Assembly (NCBI GenBank): GCA_945482995.1
Contig: CALYRM010000002.1
Coordinates: 11,355-75,354, forward strand
Length of the DNA: 64,000 nucleotides
Direction of reading: 5' to 3'
From: an uncultured Clostridia bacterium
GTDB taxonomy: Bacteria > Bacillota > Clostridia > Christensenellales > CAG-1252
Each line of letters starts with the position of its first letter. Positions within the stretch are counted from its first letter, which is position 1. The translations under genes were made by a program, and so were the position numbers. The notes below the pieces were generated by a model. It searched no databases. It saw only the letters and a program-made list of their open reading frames with translations, and had not been told where the DNA came from. Below, piece after piece: positions 59,001 through 64,000 of this stretch.

Positions 59001-59795
59001 AAAGAATTGTTTGACGGCAAACTAAAAGATTATTCAACCGGCTTCGGTAGCTACGAAAATGCGGAAAACGGTATCGGTTATATACAATTCCCGAATATCT
59101 ACTCCAAAATTTACGAAACTACGGGCGCAACTAAGGGTAACGAGGTTGATTTACAAAACGTTATCGTCAAGCTAAATAACAAAAATCAAACTCTTGAAAA
59201 GAATAAGTACGATCCTTCGTCAGACAATATCTCCATATCTTATCCGCTACCAAAGTATTTGACAGATAGACAATTTGCTTACTTGCTAAACGGCATATTT
59301 AAGGTAGATAGTAGTTATAGCTATATTGCGGTAGAACAAGTAGTTATTTTCAAAGGTGAAAGCGATAAATATGCAGAATTTGAAAAATTAATTCAAAACG
59401 TCAATCCAAGCTTCACGTTCGATCCTATTGCAGGCGGTTACTACTTTATTACGGTATCAATTGACACCTCTAATTTGAGCTGTAATATGGCAATAGCCCC
59501 CGAAAAGATTTATTTGACTTTAGTAGTCGATAACGAGGGTAACCTTGTAAAATACACAAATGATGACGGTGTGTTGACAAGTACAAAATTCGCTCAAGAT
59601 TTCACAACAAACGAATTGGATTTATTCCTAAGCATTTTCACAGATAACAATAACAAGCTAGATTTCGACCAAAAGCTAGAAGACAACATCAAGAGCGTAA
59701 TGACATACGTAACAGACAAGTCTCTACATCAAAATGCTAACCTTAATGAGGCTGATTTCAATGGCTACTACGGATACGTAGGCACGATGGAATAA
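53031..59795 (+). CDS. 2254-aa protein with an N-terminal signal anchor and at least 7 divergent ~110-aa internal repeats; function unknown
   Basis: RBS aaggagg. One TM (WCVSCLIACLVIVVVFVVGIIIAANV). Recurrent pattern ...ALAxLI...I(T/Q)...P(E)xxY(L/I)T...YxTxLxINxF...L, plus recurring (F/I)PNIFxY motifs. Confidence 0.7.
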   Translation: MSRVKEGRSKRMPWCVSCLIACLVIVVVFVVGIIIAANVTFNKFVSPMIGGIKLGECTKLLTGALNSNRDKIVTNEYTADDLDDFYFTLNSMLYQKELTDEEYQARYDALSEEEKAEYPTVEAYKEAHPYRIDIDSLISSIKLDELIGGKQETPTDGEVSAAGEDENNSSSGGSNVDNTDNEQLQELFKQLAFDFGVLKKYPYTNTEEDLSYTTFQITGNQMAAVVNEIASVVMKSINLGNTMPELEGVDFSKYASVPQITASDVQYEDSNGNTLTKPMLSIVVELKTRKLIEEAFVPMLEKQGVPKFALNVIKILLPKNFFVSLETYPTDKDSDVNIKINNMNDKACESLKTIVNSLAEKFNFSLFPKDGEGQPDQDASTDQTQEKTTIFNEINTMVVNVFTKINEFVPVQFVSNEQGSVSLRVAHIQGLLKVMGLFDENDLENSVTPHMFLTTLRCLFDEATPENNKAELADLYTQLDAKYGIDQSYWNDKSLLDAEALENITEAINITEVEFKTNEDMRVNLKDGELATLIDEAIKKGTFGSGNETPLSMAGEGGDNQLLDMVNFEAVNIKYIESVNQNNYSYIDESGVESEKINALIKKYTFKATVSVSIADLLTSQTGEGEEASGVQPIIDSLKSALPEKLCLALVLHIDDVYNTQDGKLFNRVIAGVAGDTTFKINKFDENYSSKVLDMIQKLVNKFSSNGSGETQETENSTFDISSISTQISDALSTTLKQLKDSLYCDLLIEDKSLILPSVYELVYGMGKKQVEINVNLTEDDLISIAEIKDLFVQVYNTDFYIVENDGVTPSNPEDYDKILYRYNQDAGDTFLSILSSKYYMSSPITTDEILGEKGLTISTNRLNFKGENGLYYDQTTTDSLDVFVSGDALASLIANSGKLNSLTETANNDFISNLSIITAEFDWQDSELYLNFDFEANINPSVSSETEGINISAFIPNNAFITAKIAMKTDDEANLYSTDLLLNNSSINNLVKLLNLFSNEKIDNSTITNEIKTSISDVFDTINENVNLKYNNANEQEALAFKNIFNTINKLSHKNDLEYVSSDEDDEKLRSLLKEFGRAPKFTTNEENVINNVTDVRYFSNSVDDIYKISDSDSFFEELNKNFYISDDNLITVDSLSTLTTVDSDFIDFNKLYTDVRTIDEIETKLTSNRFTSLANKLMGTVNLEDGIGEAKIIQSRIKNDGVTKSLDAVAYVTFSALDPSVVALLPSHVFITATVDLTSVDELGNKTYQTDLFINDFTSEETNDLFNRISLLESSLSLNFNISLDTLKTTIRDEIKGIFDGDMTMFGEPVIENGFIDIPNIFDYITGGTIEGSVYNQNKPLFEKSKLSLSGDNYGINEDGKAGYYDNGNFIVLGDAQKVNNLWGYYDGENFVTIQTTPEQLMHNLRVFGNKPTEETIKITSTDTLGYSILGYNNTVETKSYQAGKNITVYGNIGINLQNFEDGFYFYDQEKGYYFDTQAHFFDMVNTNYYITGEGKINANTVNSGTFVIGNDLFNFYELYNDKRSFEDTKIKVNGNTFAALAEEFYEGGIKLSETNSAKIIQMHLYTKDKTENSDHLIDNYSTLKTIVRVSLTDSTDKSNVLPEYLYMVCYTIIDPDAGTRRFDSEFIINNFGFDYVDVKDYSGIYGQIEETQNFIDRLNTLKESFGLTFTFELSDIKNTIKETFRSIFEDKLSTFGDIKYENDSFIVPNIFQYLTDGQLVGSSESLNYDTTIKMKEFDGITLTEPEVLRNRLQELGTGVKYTESITAWNGDIYNDNRFTESDLDNFFTDMQAYYFLNKKPTSDNLMGGSFFTDLTGESFEQTFNLKGLTTSEIGIRGEYISKGLFNYTGSQQSLKLSDKALAGLINSQNAINIDSIGSVGSVKITSIKLEYISESSISIEITIKVTTQEQAGKVNAMPEVFYLTTKTTRNVLSGVPSYSTTIAVNAFNPEELDNLLANLNHIEENTSFGIKNNLDTESLKTSVENAIKELFDGKLKDYSTGFGSYENAENGIGYIQFPNIYSKIYETTGATKGNEVDLQNVIVKLNNKNQTLEKNKYDPSSDNISISYPLPKYLTDRQFAYLLNGIFKVDSSYSYIAVEQVVIFKGESDKYAEFEKLIQNVNPSFTFDPIAGGYYFITVSIDTSNLSCNMAIAPEKIYLTLVVDNEGNLVKYTNDDGVLTSTKFAQDFTTNELDLFLSIFTDNNNKLDFDQKLEDNIKSVMTYVTDKSLHQNANLNEADFNGYYGYVGTME

Positions 59796-59822
59796 ATTCA
59801 AGACAATTAAACCACGTACAAT

Positions 59823-59856
59823 CCATTGTTTGATAGTAAATGCTATCAAACAATGG
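59823..59856 (+). terminator. perfect 14-bp hairpin after the giant gene (second repeat family); weak T-run
   Basis: ccattgtttgatag-taaatg-ctatcaaacaatgg. Confidence 0.5.
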
Positions 59857-59925
59857 AATCTACTTCTATTGGAATAACAATTAATATTAATTAAGAAATA
59901 AGAATTAATCGGGAATATACATACT

Positions 59926-61278
59926 ATGATAAGCTTACAAGATACAAATAGAATATGGGCAAAAATAAGCGATAAACTTTCGATATCGATATCTATGGTC
60001 GCTTACTGCGTATATTTTAAAAATATAATTCCTTATACAGTCAGAGATACTACTTTAATTCTTTTGGCTCCTTTGGAATCGCATAGAAACGTAATTAACA
60101 ATAATTACCGTCAAAGTCTTCTAACGGCATTCAAGGCTTGCGACGCACCTTTTGATGATTTTATGATTATTCTCGATTCCGAAAAGGATTCCTTTGCTCC
60201 ATTGCAAGATAAAGAAGCGGCGGCGGAAACTGTGGAATTAAGCGAATCTATGACATTTATCAAGGAATACACATTCCAATCCTTTGTTATTGGCGATAGC
60301 AACAAATTGGCAGCAATGGCTGCTTTGGCAGTTGCGGACAAACCGGGTAGCATATATAATCCTTTATTTATATATAGTCGTCCGGGACTAGGTAAAACCC
60401 ACCTTTTGAACGCAATCGGTAACTTTATAAAAGATTGCAGAAAGGACTTGGAAATAATGTACGTTACCGCCGAAAATTTTACAAACGACTATATTTACAG
60501 CATTAGGAATAATAAAAACGCAGACTTTATGAAATCCTTTAATGAAAAATATAGAGGTAAAGACGTATTAATGATTGACGATATACAATTTTTGGAAAAA
60601 GCCGAAAAAACTCAAGAGGCTCTTTTCCATATATTCAACGATCTTTACGCTAAAAATAAGCAAATTATCATTTCTTCAGATAGACCTATTAAGAATTTGA
60701 CGTTCTTAGACGAAAGGTTAGCATCTCGCTTTGCCAGCGGTATCACTGTAGATATTCAACCGCCGTCATTCGAGGATAGAGTTGCGATCCTTTTACATAA
60801 ATCTCACCAATACAATTTCAATATCAGCGAAAAAGTACTTTACTATTTGGCAGATTTGGAAAAATCAAATATAAGAGTGCTTGAAGGTATGCTCAAAACC
60901 ATAGGTATTTACAGCAAACTCAAAGAACCGGTCGACTCTATTGATTTTGTAAACGAGGCACTAAGGACAGCCACAACAACCGAAAACAACGTTACTATCG
61001 ATTCCATTACAAAAGCTACCGCCGACTACTTCAACGTTAAAATGGAAGATATCTTAGGATCTCGCCGAACCAAAGATGTGGTTCTTCCAAGACAGTTCGC
61101 TATATATCTAGTATCGGTTATGCTTCCTGATAGGCCATTGTCAAATATGGTCGAATATTTTAAGAGAGATCATAGCACAATTATTAGTGCAAGAGACAAA
61201 ATCGGTAGCAAATACGAGAGCGACGAACATGTACGGACAATGCTTGACGATATTAAGAATATAGTTTTAAATAAATAA
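59926..61278 (+). CDS. dnaA: chromosomal replication initiator DnaA
   Basis: GLGKTHLL Walker A, LMIDDIQFL, sensor motifs, and a C-terminal DNA-binding domain (RQFAIYL...DHSTI). Confidence 0.95.
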   Translation: MISLQDTNRIWAKISDKLSISISMVAYCVYFKNIIPYTVRDTTLILLAPLESHRNVINNNYRQSLLTAFKACDAPFDDFMIILDSEKDSFAPLQDKEAAAETVELSESMTFIKEYTFQSFVIGDSNKLAAMAALAVADKPGSIYNPLFIYSRPGLGKTHLLNAIGNFIKDCRKDLEIMYVTAENFTNDYIYSIRNNKNADFMKSFNEKYRGKDVLMIDDIQFLEKAEKTQEALFHIFNDLYAKNKQIIISSDRPIKNLTFLDERLASRFASGITVDIQPPSFEDRVAILLHKSHQYNFNISEKVLYYLADLEKSNIRVLEGMLKTIGIYSKLKEPVDSIDFVNEALRTATTTENNVTIDSITKATADYFNVKMEDILGSRRTKDVVLPRQFAIYLVSVMLPDRPLSNMVEYFKRDHSTIISARDKIGSKYESDEHVRTMLDDIKNIVLNK

Positions 61279-61325
61279 CAGCATAGTCAATTCATGCAAC
61301 AGTTAGGTTTCAATTCATTAATAAA

Positions 61326-61530
61326 TGTTGATAATTTACTGATAACTTTGCGACTTATCAACATTCATCCATAGTGGTTATCCACTATACAAAACGTGAT
61401 TGTAACACTATATATTGTGGTTAAATCGTAAATATATCGGTAAATATCGGCATACAAACCATTTATCCACTTTTCAACATCCGTTATTATTTATTATTAC
61501 GATTAAATTAGAACATAAATATAAACTAAA
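61326..61530 (+). promoter_or_regulatory. oriC: DnaA-box cluster plus an AT-rich unwinding region
   Basis: Five boxes, each with 1 mismatch to TTATCCACA: tgttgataa 61326-34, ttatcaaca 61355-63, ttatccact 61378-86, tgtggttaa 61416-24, ttatccact 61463-71. AT-rich stretch at 61483-61530. Confidence 0.7.
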
Positions 61531-61543
61531 GGAGCGTTTGCTT

Positions 61544-62650
61544 ATGAAATTAAAATGCGATGGTTTGGCTTTATCCGAAGCTATTTTTAAGGTTATTAAA
61601 GCTATACCTATTAAGAAAAATAACAGCGTCTTAGAAGGTATTAAACTAAAAGCACAAGATGGTTATTTAACACTAACGGCTACAGACTTAGAGCTTACTA
61701 TAACAAAGAGAATTACCGCCGATATTAAAATTGAAGGTGAAGTTCTTATTAACGGTAAGTTTTTCTCCGAATTCGTAAGAAGCATTAGTCACAAAGAAAT
61801 CGACTTAGAATGTACAGATTCCGACGTTTTACGTATTGGTTACGGAGAAAACAAAAGTGACGTTAAATGTATGAATTTATCCGATTATCCGCTCATCGAT
61901 AACGTTGTTGCTGTAAACACATTGGAAATTCAAAAAGATGAATTTAAGGATTTAATTTACAAAACCAATTTTTCAGCATCCGTTGAGGACGGTAGACCTA
62001 TATTGAAAGGCTGTTTATTTGAGGTTAACGGCAAAGAACTTACAGTTGTTTCTCTTGATGGGTACAGATTATCCTTAGCAAGAAAGGAGCTTATTTCAAG
62101 TGACGCCGAAAATAAGAAATTTGTAATACCGGCAAGGAGTTTAAATGAAATTGTTAAATTTGCAGACGAAGCTGAAGATACAATCAAATTAGTATTCGAT
62201 AAGGACAAGCTATTGGTTAATATAAACAATACAGTAGTTATCTCAAGACTTATTACAAGCGAGTTTATCAATTATAGAAACATTATTACAACAGCTTTCA
62301 ATACAAAAGTCACATTTAATAAAAAAGAGTTCTACGATAGCATTTACCGCGCTACAATTATGACTAAGACAGGCAAAAACAATCTTGTTAAGCTTGACGT
62401 TAAAGATAATTGTATTTTGATTGAAGCTAATTCTGATTTTGGCGTAGTAAACGAAACAATTCCGGCTTCCGTTGAAGGTAAAGAAACTATTATTTGTTTT
62501 AATGGCAAATATTTGTTGGACTTCTTGAGCGTAATTGACGAAGAATTCATTTCAATGAATATAAAAACAAATAATGCTCCTTGTATATTCACTCAAGTTG
62601 AAGGTAACGATTATCTGTTCTTAGTATTGCCAATGAAAGTAACTTACTAA
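61544..62650 (+). CDS. dnaN: DNA polymerase III beta sliding clamp
   Basis: MKLKCDG... start preceded by aaaggag. Three-domain clamp pattern and the C-terminal LVLPMKV. The ORF-track start at 61415 lies in oriC. Confidence 0.93.
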   Translation: MKLKCDGLALSEAIFKVIKAIPIKKNNSVLEGIKLKAQDGYLTLTATDLELTITKRITADIKIEGEVLINGKFFSEFVRSISHKEIDLECTDSDVLRIGYGENKSDVKCMNLSDYPLIDNVVAVNTLEIQKDEFKDLIYKTNFSASVEDGRPILKGCLFEVNGKELTVVSLDGYRLSLARKELISSDAENKKFVIPARSLNEIVKFADEAEDTIKLVFDKDKLLVNINNTVVISRLITSEFINYRNIITTAFNTKVTFNKKEFYDSIYRATIMTKTGKNNLVKLDVKDNCILIEANSDFGVVNETIPASVEGKETIICFNGKYLLDFLSVIDEEFISMNIKTNNAPCIFTQVEGNDYLFLVLPMKVTY

Positions 62651-62803
62651 ATGATTAGGGTTTATCTCTACTCATTTAGTAAATCCTTGTTTGTCAGTTT
62701 TGAGCGTAGTCGAAGAGTATCTATACAATCACCGACTATTTTTTAAAGCAAGCAAAATATATGCCAATTACAGCTTTGCACATTGCACGTTGTAGGTTAT
62801 TAT

Positions 62804-63871
62804 ATGTATGTAGATAGTATTCGTTTAGAAAATTTCAGAAGTTATTCCCTTCAAGAGTTTTCCTTTGCAAATGGAATCAACGTTATTGAGGGAGCAAATG
62901 CCGTCGGTAAAACCAATTTGGTTGAGGCGGTATATTTTTGTGCTGTGGGCAAAAGTCCTCGAACGAATAGAGATAAGGAATTGATTAAATGGAATACCGA
63001 TCATGCAAAACTATCGATAAAAATCGTCAATAAATATCGTTTATCCAAAATAACTGCTTTGCTTACCAAAAACGGCGAAAAAAGAATTGCAATCGACGGT
63101 GCGGGTATAACGAGAATGGGCGAACTAATTGGCAGAATGGGCGTTGTTTTCTTTTCTCCCGACGAACTTAAAATGATTAAGGAAACGCCTCAGGAAAGGC
63201 GTAGATTTATGGATATAAGCCTATCGCAGCAAAGCAGAGCGTATTTTTACAATCTACAAAACTATACCAAGATTTTAACTAATAGAAATAATCTTCTTAA
63301 AGAAAATTATAAACAAAATTATTTCGAACAAACTCTTCCCGTTTGGGATATTCAATTAGCAAAAGAAGGAGCTGAAATTATCCGCAAACGGCGTGAATTT
63401 ATTGATTTTTTATCTCCCATAGTTGATGAGCGTCATAAGTCGATTGCAGGTAAGGAAAACGGCTTAAAAGTGGAATACGAAACAGCGGTTAATAGCGAAG
63501 ATATAGAAAACGAGCTTTTGAAACTATTAGAAACAAATAGAGAAAAGGATATAAGACTAGGCTATACCACCATAGGACCACATAGAGACGATATGCTGAT
63601 TACTTCAAACGGCATTGATTTGAGAAATTATGGTTCGCAAGGACAACAGCGCACAGCGGCATTATCCTTAAAACTTGCCGAAGCCGATTGTATAGAAATA
63701 AGAACCAAAGAACGCCCGATTTTAATATTGGATGATGTTCTTTCCGAACTTGACCCAAAACGGCGTCAAGAACTCCTAAAACAGGCTCAAAAACAACAAA
63801 CCTTATTAACTTGCACCGATTATACCGAAGATAAAAGCATAGTAGATAAACTTATAAAAATTGAGAAATAA
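62804..63871 (+). CDS. recF: DNA replication and repair protein RecF
   Basis: MYVDSIRLENFRSY..., Walker A GANAVGKTN, signature GSQGQQRT, Walker B ILILDDV. Confidence 0.93.
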   Translation: MYVDSIRLENFRSYSLQEFSFANGINVIEGANAVGKTNLVEAVYFCAVGKSPRTNRDKELIKWNTDHAKLSIKIVNKYRLSKITALLTKNGEKRIAIDGAGITRMGELIGRMGVVFFSPDELKMIKETPQERRRFMDISLSQQSRAYFYNLQNYTKILTNRNNLLKENYKQNYFEQTLPVWDIQLAKEGAEIIRKRREFIDFLSPIVDERHKSIAGKENGLKVEYETAVNSEDIENELLKLLETNREKDIRLGYTTIGPHRDDMLITSNGIDLRNYGSQGQQRTAALSLKLAEADCIEIRTKERPILILDDVLSELDPKRRQELLKQAQKQQTLLTCTDYTEDKSIVDKLIKIEK

Positions 63872-63903
63872 TAGAGTGTTAATCCGTTATTTCTCATTTT
63901 TTT
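63863..63903 (+). terminator. intrinsic terminator overlapping the recF stop
   Basis: gagaaataa...ttatttctc followed by attttttt. Confidence 0.6.
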
Positions 63904-64000
63904 ATATGCAGTATACCATATCAATCGCCATTTTTCGACTGCGTTACACAACGCTTAAAATGAAAATATGAATAGTCGAAATGAGAATAGGTTCGATATA

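Noticed and set aside
61415-61543. Upstream start for dnaN (61415), and likewise TTG 62783 for recF, 22550 for the acetyltransferase and 34668 for the kinase-like gene
   Set aside because: The dnaN extension runs through the DnaA boxes and the AT-rich oriC tract, and the MKLKCDG start has an aaaggag RBS. The other three have better-placed ATG codons: 62804; 22577, which overlaps the nadE stop; and 34677, which follows GGAGGG.
1-64000. Search for tRNA, rRNA, tmRNA, transposase, integrase, reverse transcriptase or cas genes
   Set aside because: No T-loop/acceptor-type sequences (GGTTCGAATCC-like) or rRNA-like tracts were seen in intergenic regions. No ORF showed DDE, tyrosine- or serine-recombinase, RT or Cas motifs. 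Visual scanning could have missed a divergent small RNA.

Overview
This is a low-GC chromosomal window using the standard genetic code (TGA is a stop). It looks Firmicutes/Clostridia-like and ends at the replication origin: dnaA, DnaA-box/AT-rich oriC, dnaN and recF at 59.9-63.9 kb. All protein calls rest on motifs I recognise in the supplied translations; I ran no database search.

Housekeeping genes: maa-like acetyltransferase, M18 aminopeptidase, nadE, relA/spoT, tmk, an S4-domain protein, fused ispDF, parB, lepB, comEC, Na/Pi cotransporter, NfeD-flotillin pair, SpoVK-like AAA+.

Other content:
1. A cobalamin riboswitch drives a DUF4430 lipoprotein and an ECF-S-like membrane protein.
2. A minus-strand envelope cluster (3.4-14.2 kb) holds an MBG-repeat adhesin, a membrane-anchored double YjbR-like protein, a secreted helical protein, and a 1318-aa fusion of TM, Rossmann, RyR and M20-like domains.
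3. A SipW-type signal peptidase operon has three cognate secreted proteins, two of which share a CBM-like C-terminal domain (40.9-43.9 kb).
4. An AbiL-like AAA ATPase + RloB pair sits at 44.2-46.1 kb.
5. A 2254-aa membrane-anchored protein with at least 7 internal repeats lies directly upstream of dnaA.

The most striking non-coding signal is a modular, BOX-like repeat family. Its modules start with GTCATTYCGA, and the hairpin shows compensatory stem variants. It occupies almost every intergenic region. It forms large mosaic arrays on both sides of comEC and supplies the 3' ends of at least two CDSs. It also produces many spurious ORFs in the six-frame track.

I saw no tRNA, rRNA, CRISPR-cas, transposase or integrase.
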